Source: a virus
Taxonomy: Duplodnaviria; Caudoviricetes
Strand: one strand, 5' to 3'
Length of the DNA stretch: 54,454 nt
IMG/VR virus record: IMGVR_UViG_3300032892_000002
Location: 1-54,454 of that record
The translations under genes and the position numbers were made by a program. Positions 46,665 to 54,454 of the stretch are shown here, one piece after another. The first letter of the stretch is position 1, and each line of letters starts with the position of its first letter. The notes beneath the pieces were generated by a model. The model made no database searches and had not been told where the DNA came from. It saw only the letters and a program-made list of their open reading frames with translations.

Positions 46665-47108
46665 TTAGACGACCACGAACGGCAGCTCGTAGACGTTGAA
46701 CACCGCGCTCTGGTCACCCGCCCAGTCGAGGTAAATGTTCCCGTCGGTTTGCAGGAACCGGTCGCTGGTGAACGGCCCAACGATCGTCGCCACCGCCGTC
46801 GAATACACCACCGACAGATCACCGACCGACCCCTGGGTGAACACCGCGTTCGACGGATATGGGCTGGTCTGCGCCACCCCCGCCACGTTCGAGCCGCTGC
46901 CTGTGGCCCGGACCGTCAACGTCCCCGCCGTCGACGCCGCACCGATCGAAATGATGAACTTCCGGGCATCCAGCACCGCCGCGCCGGTCGCGGTGCTAGC
47001 ACCCAGAATGTAATGCCCTGTCGCTGTCGCCGCCGTGCCACCAGTCGGGGACACAGCGACGCTGCTGTCCCGGACAAGTGTCGTCACCGACGCTGCCGTA
47101 CGTGCCAT
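46665..47108 (-). CDS. Capsid decoration-like protein
   Basis: Immediately after the major capsid gene; MART..TL..D and IVGPF resemble the 129-aa paralogs. Confidence 0.6.
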   Translation of the reverse strand: MARTAASVTTLVRDSSVAVSPTGGTAATATGHYILGASTATGAAVLDARKFIISIGAASTAGTLTVRATGSGSNVAGVAQTSPYPSNAVFTQGSVGDLSVVYSTAVATIVGPFTSDRFLQTDGNIYLDWAGDQSAVFNVYELPFVVV

Positions 47109-47149
47109 CTGCGCTCCTCAGAAAAAGTCGCCGCCGCTGCGGACCTGGA

Positions 47150-48097
47150 TCAGATGCCTACCGGGCGGCCGACCTGAACACAGGCGATCGCGTCCGGCCG
47201 GACCAGCTTCGCCCCGTACACATGCAGCCCACGGACACCGTCAGCGAACGTTGTCTGCAGCCGCAACGCTTCGGTCTGCACGATCTGCTCGGCGTACGTC
47301 AGCGCCATCGGATGCCCAGCCTGCACAATCCAGTAGCCGTTGTTCCCCGCCACACCAGTGCCGGTCGCCACCGTCTGCACAGCGTTGTTCGACACGTAAA
47401 TGTCGAACCCCGCGCAGCGGCCGATCATCCCGGTCTGGAACACCTGCGACGCCTGGCCCTGCATGTCCGTGATCGCGATGAACGCCTGGGTCTGCTCAAG
47501 CAGCGCCTCAGCCCACGGCGGCACCACAACATAGCGGCCCGCCATCGGGATGTTCGACTGGGTGAGCAGCACCTTGAGCGGCAGCAGTATCTTCTGGTAG
47601 AAGTCCGCTGGGGTGCTCGACGTGTATGTGCCGGGGAAGATCGCGTTCGCTGTGCCCGCGAGCGACGACGTCCCACCCGACAAGATGATGTTGCTCGTTG
47701 AGACGCCTGTGTACAAACCGGCGATGTACTGGTCAGCGGTGTCGGCAAGCTTGTAGGAAGCACGTTCTTCCAGGTACGACTGCATGTCCCCAGCAGCCTG
47801 CCGGCGGTCCACATCGTCGACGGAGAAACTGAACGATTTCGCCTGGTCGATGTTCAGGTCCAGCCCGGCGTCGGACAGCGCCTGATACGTGAGCGTCGCG
47901 CCGGGCGTGTATGTGCTGATTGTGGGGTCGCCGAACTGGGTGATGTGGACCACATTCCCGGGTCCGCTGATTTCACCTTCGTAGTCGGCGTTGGCGACAC
48001 CGGGGCCGCCGAACACAAGGTTCTTCTGGAGCGCAGCCAAGATCACTTTGCTCCATATTTCCGGTTTGAATGCAAGTACGCTGATTGTACTCACCAC
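47150..48097 (-). CDS. Major capsid protein (HK97 fold, P22 coat-like)
   Basis: FKPEIWS..L..L, NADYEGEI..GNVVHI, IDQAKSFSFSVDDVD, FADGVRGLHVYGAKLVRP; start is GTG 48097/48094 or ATC 48085. Confidence 0.93.
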   Translation of the reverse strand: MVSTISVLAFKPEIWSKVILAALQKNLVFGGPGVANADYEGEISGPGNVVHITQFGDPTISTYTPGATLTYQALSDAGLDLNIDQAKSFSFSVDDVDRRQAAGDMQSYLEERASYKLADTADQYIAGLYTGVSTSNIILSGGTSSLAGTANAIFPGTYTSSTPADFYQKILLPLKVLLTQSNIPMAGRYVVVPPWAEALLEQTQAFIAITDMQGQASQVFQTGMIGRCAGFDIYVSNNAVQTVATGTGVAGNNGYWIVQAGHPMALTYAEQIVQTEALRLQTTFADGVRGLHVYGAKLVRPDAIACVQVGRPVGI

Positions 48098-48186
48098 CTA
48101 ACGTTTGACCGTTTTGCACGGATCGGTGAACGGATGGCACTACTCCGGCCACCACGCCCGGTGGTGCGTACCGAATCGTCGGAAAA

Positions 48187-48990
48187 TTAACGCGCGTTGA
48201 CTCGCCGGTCCCGGCCGCCACGCGGCCCGGCGCCAAGCTCATGCAACAGACCCTGCTGCATCGCCTCCACCACCTGCTGCGGCGACGCCCGCGCCACATC
48301 ATCATCAGTCCACTGCCGGGGCTGCTGCGGCGCACCGGTGAACTGGCCGTTAGCCCGGGCGATCGTCGGTTCCGGCCGCGGCGGCGGTGCTGTCGGCGGC
48401 GGCTCAGGGGTAGGTGACGGCGCTGCCTTCCACTCCGGGTGCGTATCCAGCGCCGCGGTGATGGCGTCTTTGACCTGTTCCGCGAAATCGTCCGCGCCCG
48501 GGTCGAGCCCCTCGATCGCGTGGACGAAACTGCGGGAATCCAGAAGCGCGTTGCCGTCCGCGCCGAGGGTGGCAGCCGCGCGGTAGGTGGCCAGCTCCAC
48601 CGCCGCCTGCCGGGCCCGGCTCCGTTCTTCGTCGGCGCGGGCTTTCTCCGCATCCCGTTCCGCAGCGATCTGCTCCGGGGTCGCCTCGTCCGGCTCCAGG
48701 CCGAGAGCTTTAGCGATCCCGGAAAGCTGCTGCTTGTGGGTCTGCTCGAAAGCGGACAGCTTCGTTTCGAGGTCTTTCGCTGTTGTACGGTGTTTCGCCG
48801 CCTCGTTACGGGTGTCGCGGAGCAGTTTCTGCGCCCACGGGGGAAGGTCGTCGACGCTGTCCGCGTGAGCTGGTTCCGGCTGCGGTTCCGGTTCCGCTGG
48901 CTGCGCAGGCTGCGGAGCTGGTTCGGGTGTGGCCGGTGGCGCTGCTGGTTCCGGCGCGCCAGGCGCTGGTTCCGTGATGGTGTCGGTCAT
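48187..48990 (-). CDS. Capsid scaffolding protein
   Basis: Pro/Glu-rich N-terminus, LPPWAQKLL..RNEAAKHR, coiled coil, ALLDSRSF; upstream of the major capsid gene. Confidence 0.85.
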   Translation of the reverse strand: MTDTITEPAPGAPEPAAPPATPEPAPQPAQPAEPEPQPEPAHADSVDDLPPWAQKLLRDTRNEAAKHRTTAKDLETKLSAFEQTHKQQLSGIAKALGLEPDEATPEQIAAERDAEKARADEERSRARQAAVELATYRAAATLGADGNALLDSRSFVHAIEGLDPGADDFAEQVKDAITAALDTHPEWKAAPSPTPEPPPTAPPPRPEPTIARANGQFTGAPQQPRQWTDDDVARASPQQVVEAMQQGLLHELGAGPRGGRDRRVNAR

Positions 48991-49066
48991 GAAGGCCCTC
49001 CAGGGACCATCGGGTTCTCGGGCCCACGCCAGGCGGGCGGTATCATAGGCGCGCCCCTGGGGCGCG
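48956..49066 (-). promoter_or_regulatory. Four CCWGG-centred hairpins around the scaffold start, plus TATGAT -10-like hexamer
   Basis: mRNA sense: CGCGCC-CCAGG-GGCGCG, GCCCG-CCTGG-CGTGGGC, GGTC-CCTGG-AGGGCC (contains the SD), GCG-CCTGG-CGC. Confidence 0.5.
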
Positions 49067-49137
49067 TGCAGCGGTCAGGAATGGCGAAGCTACGCAGGAA
49101 CCACCGCCGGTGATGGCGCGTCCCGGCGGCGCGGGTC

Positions 49138-50253
49138 CTAGAAAGCTGACCCTGGGGGCGTGTGACCGGTCAGCGATGCGAGCCGGCGCCCGAGCAGGGC
49201 CAGGTTCCGCTGCGCGTCCCCGTGGGCTTTCGGGGTGACCGCGACGGCGGCCATCCGGCGGCCGGTGCGGATCGCCCGCTGCACCGCCCGGATTTCCTGT
49301 TCCAGCGCGTACCGCTGCTCATCGCTGCCGTCCGGCGGATTGAGATCGGGTGCTGTGCCGGTCATCGGCAGAAACGACGCGCCGTCGGTGAACGGCACCA
49401 TGCCATGGCGGCACTGCGGATGGAACAACCCAGCGGCGATCGCCCCATCGACGGTTCCGGCGACGGTCGCCTGGTGGCTTATCCCGTCGGCGGTGACCGC
49501 CGCCACCGCCGCGCCTGCCGCCGCGTTCCCGCTGATCGACAGCACCGCACCGAGCCACGGCCGGCATTTGCTGCACGGCGGCATCCCGGTCAGCCCGTAC
49601 ACCACCACCAGGTCGAACCCTTGCGGCGCGATCGCCTGCAGGTACAGGTTCAGGTGCAGCCGCGACGCGGCGGTCCGGACCGCCATCTGCGCCCACGACG
49701 GCAGCGGCCACGTCCGGGCGCCGTCGGTGAACGCGGGTAAACCTGGTTCCGCTGCCGCGTTCAGGGTCTGCTGCACGGCCGGTAGCCGGTTCTGCGGCGG
49801 GATGTCGCGGATCTGCGCAGAGGCGGCGGTGAATTCGTCGTCGGCGGCGGCGATGACGTTGAACCCTGCGGTCCGCAGCAGCGGCGGCAACGCCCGCCAC
49901 GTCCTGGCCAGCGGAACCCCGTGTACCGCTGCTGCTGCGCGGGACCCCAAACCGGGTGGCAGGTCAGCGAGGATGACCCGTTCGGCGCTGGCTCGGACCG
50001 CGCGGGCGATGCCGGACAGGATCGGCCCGGTCCGCGCATGGGCCGCGTCCATCACCTCGGTCATATGCGCACGCATCTGCCGCTGCACCATGCTGCGGAT
50101 TTTCCGCCCGGCCGCTATGTCGTGGACCGCGGCTGCGAGGGTGGCGAGGATCTGGTTCTCGGCGTCCGACATGACACCCAGCACCGAAACCCCCGCCGCC
50201 ACGGCGAGATCTTCGCGTATGTCCCCGTGGCTGCGGGGCCGCTGACCCGTCAC
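49138..50253 (-). CDS. Phage minor capsid protein (minor capsid 2 family)
   Basis: W.L..WAQMAVRTA, CSKCRPWLGAVLSISG, GLFHPQCRH, Y..EQEIRAVQRAIR; in-frame TTA at codon 172. Confidence 0.85.
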   Translation of the reverse strand: MTGQRPRSHGDIREDLAVAAGVSVLGVMSDAENQILATLAAAVHDIAAGRKIRSMVQRQMRAHMTEVMDAAHARTGPILSGIARAVRASAERVILADLPPGLGSRAAAAVHGVPLARTWRALPPLLRTAGFNVIAAADDEFTAASAQIRDIPPQNRLPAVQQTLNAAAEPGLPAFTDGARTWPLPSWAQMAVRTAASRLHLNLYLQAIAPQGFDLVVVYGLTGMPPCSKCRPWLGAVLSISGNAAAGAAVAAVTADGISHQATVAGTVDGAIAAGLFHPQCRHGMVPFTDGASFLPMTGTAPDLNPPDGSDEQRYALEQEIRAVQRAIRTGRRMAAVAVTPKAHGDAQRNLALLGRRLASLTGHTPPGSAF

Positions 50254-50264
50254 CAGGCCGGGAA

Positions 50265-50630
50265 TCAGCGGCCCCTGTTGCCGTTGGCGGACGCCAGCGT
50301 GTCCGCGCGGATTTTCTGTTCCTGCTGCTGCAGATCGGCGATGCTGTCGGCGACGATACGGCGCAGCGTGTCCCGGGACGGTCCTTCGGCTATGCCGACG
50401 AGTTCGGGTTTGAGGAGCACCGCGCAGTACAGGTCCGGCTGCCCGATCAGCGGGTTACGGCAGGTGAATTCGATCTGCCACGCGGGGACCATCAGCGGGT
50501 CCGGCTGCCCTGCGACCTGCGCGGGCAGGAATCCCCACGCGACGTTGAACCCGATGTCGCCGAGCGCTGCTTCGCGGATCAGGTCATGCAGGTCGGCGCG
50601 GACCCGGGCGTCGTGGTCAATGACTGGCAC
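50265..50630 (-). CDS. Hypothetical protein
   Basis: Coupled ORF in the head operon. Confidence 0.55.
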   Translation of the reverse strand: MPVIDHDARVRADLHDLIREAALGDIGFNVAWGFLPAQVAGQPDPLMVPAWQIEFTCRNPLIGQPDLYCAVLLKPELVGIAEGPSRDTLRRIVADSIADLQQQEQKIRADTLASANGNRGR

Positions 50631-50964
50631 GGCGGTACCCCGTTGCTGCGTTGCGCCGCTTTTTCGGTTTCGGGGTGAAAATAGCGTTCCTCCCGTCAGC
50701 GGATTCGAAGATGCCGTTCCCTGTAGCTGCCTGCCGAACCGTGGCGCGGCGCCTAGCCGCCTGTGGGCCTTTTTTCATCGGCACCGCAGCGCCGCTCGTT
50801 GCGCCGGGTTCAGCGAGACCTGGTTTCGCGGCAGTGGCGGCGCGTTTACGGCCTTTCGACGGTTCCGCGTCCGTCGCGCTCGGCGTTTTCCGTGGCGGTT
50901 TCCCAGGGTTGCTGCCGGGCACCCGGGCGGGGTTTTTGTTAACCAGCTTCGCCTTGCGCGCCAC
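50617..50964 (-). CDS. Small Lys/Arg-rich low-complexity protein
   Basis: SD AGGAGAGG; highly basic. Confidence 0.55.
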   Translation of the reverse strand: MARKAKLVNKNPARVPGSNPGKPPRKTPSATDAEPSKGRKRAATAAKPGLAEPGATSGAAVPMKKGPQAARRRATVRQAATGNGIFESADGRNAIFTPKPKKRRNAATGYRRASH

Positions 50965-51024
50965 GACGGTATCCTCTCCTGCAAGCCCGCACCCTGCGGC
51001 CGGTACTGTTCGGGTGCGGGCTGT

Positions 51025-51420
51025 TCAATATCTGGCACCCGACGGCACCCACGCGGTCCCTTCCGAATACGCGCCCGGTGTCGCCGACGTCGGGGCCTGC
51101 TGCTCCGACCGGACCCTACGGCGGCGGCCTTTCCTGCGGCCCACCGGCAGCACCTCAACGGTCAGGTTTTCCTGCGACCCCGGCGAACCGGTCATCCGCG
51201 CGTCGTTACCGGCGTAGTGCCGCTGGATGCTTTGCGACAGGTTCGACCTTGGGCCGGGACCGCCGGTGTAGTAGTCCGGCTGCCGCCGGTCCGGCTGCAT
51301 CCGCGCCATCTGCGGCGTCGTGCCGGACGTAGCCCCAGACATGATCCGCTGTTTGCGTTTCGACGGCAACGGAACCGTGTTGCTGGTGGTGCCTCGCGGT
51401 GTGCGCCGTTTAGCAGCCAT
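51025..51420 (-). CDS. Basic low-complexity hypothetical protein
   Basis: ATG overlaps the previous gene end; MAAKRRTPRG... Confidence 0.5.
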   Translation of the reverse strand: MAAKRRTPRGTTSNTVPLPSKRKQRIMSGATSGTTPQMARMQPDRRQPDYYTGGPGPRSNLSQSIQRHYAGNDARMTGSPGSQENLTVEVLPVGRRKGRRRRVRSEQQAPTSATPGAYSEGTAWVPSGARY

Positions 51421-51685
51421 CGCTTCGGCCGCGCATGTTCGGCGCGATCGGCGCATCGTCCCAGTCGTGGTCGTTCTGGTACATCCGGACGGCGTGACCT
51501 TCGTCGCCGGGAGTGCGGGTCGCGCCGCCGGCCGCGCCGCCGCCGGGGAACCGGCCAGCGCCAGTGAAATGCTCAGTGATCTTCCCGGTTGCGTCGCCGG
51601 GGGCCTGGTTGAACTCGCCGTGGCCGTGGTTCAGCGACTCGTGCGCCCCAGCCATGACGTGCTTCGGGCCGGATGGCATGCTCAT
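51410..51685 (-). CDS. Small Gly/His-rich hypothetical protein
   Basis: SD GAGGAG. Confidence 0.55.
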   Translation of the reverse strand: MSMPSGPKHVMAGAHESLNHGHGEFNQAPGDATGKITEHFTGAGRFPGGGAAGGATRTPGDEGHAVRMYQNDHDWDDAPIAPNMRGRSDGC

Positions 51686-51703
51686 CGGATACTCCTCAAC
51701 GGG

Positions 51704-52315
51704 TTAGGGTGCCGCGAACAGATACGGGATGGCGGTCACAGCGGTCGGCGCGATCAGCGCCGACCCAAGCGCCGGCGGCGACGCCTGCGCTGTCGACGAC
51801 GCGCCGCCGAGCAGCGACCCTGGAACCGATGTGCCGGTGACAAACGTCGCCTGCGGCGACGCAGCGGCAACCAGCGTCGGCAACGTCGTCGCTTTGATCA
51901 TCAGGCCGAGGTAATACTGACCCGTGTACGCCGCCGTATACGCGGTGCCGACCGCGAAACTCGCCCAGGTGGACGCCGGGATCGCCGCCGTCCCCTGATC
52001 CGCCGTGACCGCCCGCACTGTGCCCTGCGAATCGGCTAGGCACATCCACTGGTTCGCCATCGTGGTACCCGCCGTCGTATAGGTCAGATACCCGACATGC
52101 CCGACCACAGTGCCGATGTCGAGCCGCACCGAATAGATGTACGCGATCGCAGTAGTGGGGGTGAACGTGGTCGCGCAGCCCCACGCCGGGACCGTCTCCG
52201 CGACCGCCGTCGCCAGCGCCGAGCTCTGCGACGGCTGCGCCGCAGCAGCAGCGACCGCGCTGTAAATCTGGCTGATCGTCGCCGGCGACGACGCCGACGG
52301 CATCGGGGTCGTCAT
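51704..52315 (-). CDS. Hypothetical virion protein
   Basis: AETVP..AYIYSVRL..YTGQYYLGL beta-rich fold. Confidence 0.6.
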   Translation of the reverse strand: MTTPMPSASSPATISQIYSAVAAAAAQPSQSSALATAVAETVPAWGCATTFTPTTAIAYIYSVRLDIGTVVGHVGYLTYTTAGTTMANQWMCLADSQGTVRAVTADQGTAAIPASTWASFAVGTAYTAAYTGQYYLGLMIKATTLPTLVAAASPQATFVTGTSVPGSLLGGASSTAQASPPALGSALIAPTAVTAIPYLFAAP

Positions 52316-52641
52316 GACTTCTTCTTCCCGAACGGCGGCGCTTGCTTCCCGCCGAACGGCGCCTTCTTCCCCGCCGGTTTCTTCCCCGCCGGCTTGCTCC
52401 CGGCGACCTCCATACCGGGGTAGGCGCGTTTCACCGCAGCCCGGATCTTCGCCTGCTGCGCAGGCGACGCGAACCGCTTCGACTTACCCAGCGCGTTCTG
52501 CGCCCGCCCAGCCGTATCGATCGGATACGCGTCCCGGCCACCCGGACCCCCGCCCGGCAGGGCGAACTTGCTCTTCGGGATCGGCTTACCGCCCGCGAGA
52601 CGGCGGCCTTTCTTCTGCGTCAGCTTCGGTGATCCGGCCAC
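52312..52641 (-). CDS. Basic protein with a DUF6582-like motif
   Basis: IPKSKFALPG..YPIDTAGRAQNALG..QAKIRAAVKRAYP; Lys-rich repetitive tail. Confidence 0.55.
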   Translation of the reverse strand: MAGSPKLTQKKGRRLAGGKPIPKSKFALPGGGPGGRDAYPIDTAGRAQNALGKSKRFASPAQQAKIRAAVKRAYPGMEVAGSKPAGKKPAGKKAPFGGKQAPPFGKKKS

Positions 52642-52704
52642 GGCACCCGCTCCCACTGAATAGGCACGGTCAAAAACAGCTGTTCCCACACGGCCCAGGC
52701 CGTG

Positions 52705-54435
52705 TCACTCTTCCACGTCTTCGCTGCCGCCCGGCGGAACACCCGTCCCCGGCGGCACCGGCACAGCAGCAGCCAGCTGCTCGATGTCTTCGGTCAACGT
52801 GGGCGGCGGCAACGGCGAACCATCCGGCCCCACCCCACCAGACCCGGCAGGCAACGTGATCCGCGCCCTGCCGATCAGCGACGTACCCAGCTCAGCGAAG
52901 ATCTGCCGCACTTCCTGATCCACCTGTTCCGGAGTCCAATCCGGATGCAGGATCCGGACCAGCGTTTCTTTCGACGCCGCGTCCGCTGTCGCCACCGCCT
53001 GCGCTGTCTGCGCCAGCACCAGCTCATCCGGCGGCAACGGCTCCACAAACGTGATATCCGGCCGCTGCGGCGTGATCGTCTTGTCGCCGAAAATTTCCGC
53101 CTGAATCGTCAGCAGCCCGTACATGATGTCCCGCAACGCCGGACGCCAGTACAGCACCTTCTTCTCCCTGGTGATCAACGATCGGCGTTCCCTGGCCTGC
53201 ACCTCAGTCGCGGTCAGCGCCCCCGTCGGGTCGTACTCACCGAACGTCTGACCCGAATACCCCGCACCCCGGACAATCTGGTTGATCAGCCACCCGCAGG
53301 TCGCCTGATGCTCCTGAAACCGGATCTTGAACTGGTTCACCAGGATGTCCGACGTACCGCCCCCCGTGGTGAGCATGTTGATCGGCGAATACACCTCACG
53401 GTCCGGGTCGAACACCGCGCCCTTACCCCGGCCGATGTTGTCCAGATACTGCTGCGGCACGATCAGCCGCGACTTCGCCAAAATGATGTCCCGCTGCCAC
53501 GAGCTGAAGTCTTCGTCGAGCGCGTCCATCAGCACTTCGACACCGGAGTAGTCGCTGCGGCCAAGCGGCTGCGCCTGCGGCCCCAGGTCCCGCCAGATCC
53601 GGTTCGGCCGCTGATTCGGGATGTACACCACCGTCGACGCGTCCAGCGGCTGATCAGGGAACACGATCGTGTTCCCCTCCGTTACATACTGCGCGAACTG
53701 CGCCGTCTCCGGGAAATCAGTCAACGGCAGAATCCGGCCAAGATCCGACTGGTCACCCGCGTACAGGGAATGCTGGATCGCGTTCTGGCTCGGGATGTGG
53801 GTCTCAAGATGCCGCACCACTTCAGGGCCGCTGTCATACAGCACCCGCCAGAACGTCACAGCGACCAGCTTGTTGTACGAAAAATGCGGCACCGCCGCGT
53901 CAGCGGGCACCACGTCGATCCACGGGTAGTCCGACAGATCCGAATCCCACACCGTCCGCAGGAATACCCCACCGAGCGCGGAACACAGCTCCCCCGCTTC
54001 TTCAAGGGTGGCGTGCATCCCGTCTTCCATCAGCCGGGTAAACGCGTCCTGATTCCCAGGGTTCCCCGATTTCACCACCGGCGCTTTGCTGAACAGCAGA
54101 TCAGAGGATGTTTGCGCGATATCACCGGCCAGCGGTACGTGGTACTTTTGCCGCTTTTCCCCCGGAGGGACTGGCTGTCCCCAGAATGTGCGGGTGATGC
54201 TGCCGAGCAGACCTCCCCTGAACTGGCCAGGGCGGGGGATCGGGAGCCCGGGTTCGCCGGTGGTCGCGAAGTAGCTACGGCCGACCGGGCTATTCGCCCC
54301 AAGATTGTAATGCACCCACGATAGCCGCTGCGGATCACCGCTGAACCACGCGTCCCATATCCGCATGGCGTACGTGATCGGGTTGAACTCAGGCGGCGGC
54401 CACGGCTGCCCTGCCACAGGCAACCGGGACATCAT
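52705..54435 (-). CDS. Portal protein (SPP1/A118-like)
   Basis: PWPP, HVPLAGDIA..SSDLLF, ALGGVFLR..WD, YIPN, LGRSDY, GYSGQTFG, TATEV, LHPDW..EQVDQEV..I. Confidence 0.92.
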   Translation of the reverse strand: MMSRLPVAGQPWPPPEFNPITYAMRIWDAWFSGDPQRLSWVHYNLGANSPVGRSYFATTGEPGLPIPRPGQFRGGLLGSITRTFWGQPVPPGEKRQKYHVPLAGDIAQTSSDLLFSKAPVVKSGNPGNQDAFTRLMEDGMHATLEEAGELCSALGGVFLRTVWDSDLSDYPWIDVVPADAAVPHFSYNKLVAVTFWRVLYDSGPEVVRHLETHIPSQNAIQHSLYAGDQSDLGRILPLTDFPETAQFAQYVTEGNTIVFPDQPLDASTVVYIPNQRPNRIWRDLGPQAQPLGRSDYSGVEVLMDALDEDFSSWQRDIILAKSRLIVPQQYLDNIGRGKGAVFDPDREVYSPINMLTTGGGTSDILVNQFKIRFQEHQATCGWLINQIVRGAGYSGQTFGEYDPTGALTATEVQARERRSLITREKKVLYWRPALRDIMYGLLTIQAEIFGDKTITPQRPDITFVEPLPPDELVLAQTAQAVATADAASKETLVRILHPDWTPEQVDQEVRQIFAELGTSLIGRARITLPAGSGGVGPDGSPLPPPTLTEDIEQLAAAVPVPPGTGVPPGGSEDVEE

Positions 54436-54454
54436 CCGGTCGTCGAGAGCGAAG

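Noticed and set aside
48086-48140. Possible 16-nt ACG-TTA...ACA hop into the major capsid frame
   Set aside because: The upstream GTG has only 2 nt of SD spacing and the capsid gene has its own SD and start, so no hop is needed.
49921-54324. Long + strand ORFs (49921..51567, 52702..54324; likewise 44231..45652, 15455..16768, 11513..12769)
   Set aside because: Antisense shadows of GC3-rich - strand genes; no motifs.
1-54454. Integrase/att site, terminase, tRNA genes
   Set aside because: None recognised in the window; temperate lifestyle and host identity cannot be established from this segment.

Overview
High-GC actinobacteriophage (siphovirus-type) genome segment; no host genes, integrase, terminase, tRNA or CRISPR were recognised. 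Bases 1-6580 hold small, mostly + strand early/regulatory genes (zinc-finger, HTH, XRE, WhiB, tandem DUF397/BldB-like) plus a - strand secreted S53 protease moron and a tandem-RHH gene. From 54435 down to 6650 runs one - strand virion operon: portal, minor capsid, scaffold, major capsid, three glycosyltransferases with fused methyltransferases, a roughly 13 kb cluster of decoration/fibre and glycan-active proteins (GH135-like, DUF4082), major tail, an inserted LysM-Rpf gene, frameshifting tail chaperones, an intein-containing tape measure, minor tails and a DUF1906 endolysin. Main finding: the tape measure gene and the largest glycosyltransferase gene are each out of frame near their 5' ends exactly at an in-frame TTA (the rare bldA-dependent Leu codon). 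In both, a synonymous codon 4-5 nt downstream matches the codon before the TTA (TAT-TTA..TAC; ACT-TTA..ACC), so a short ribosomal hop restores the expected protein. A third TTA sits in ACC-TTA-ACC. This suggests virion production gated by UUA-tRNA availability, alongside Rpf, WhiB and BldB-like genes that point to host developmental state. All calls come from manual motif reading; no database searches were run.
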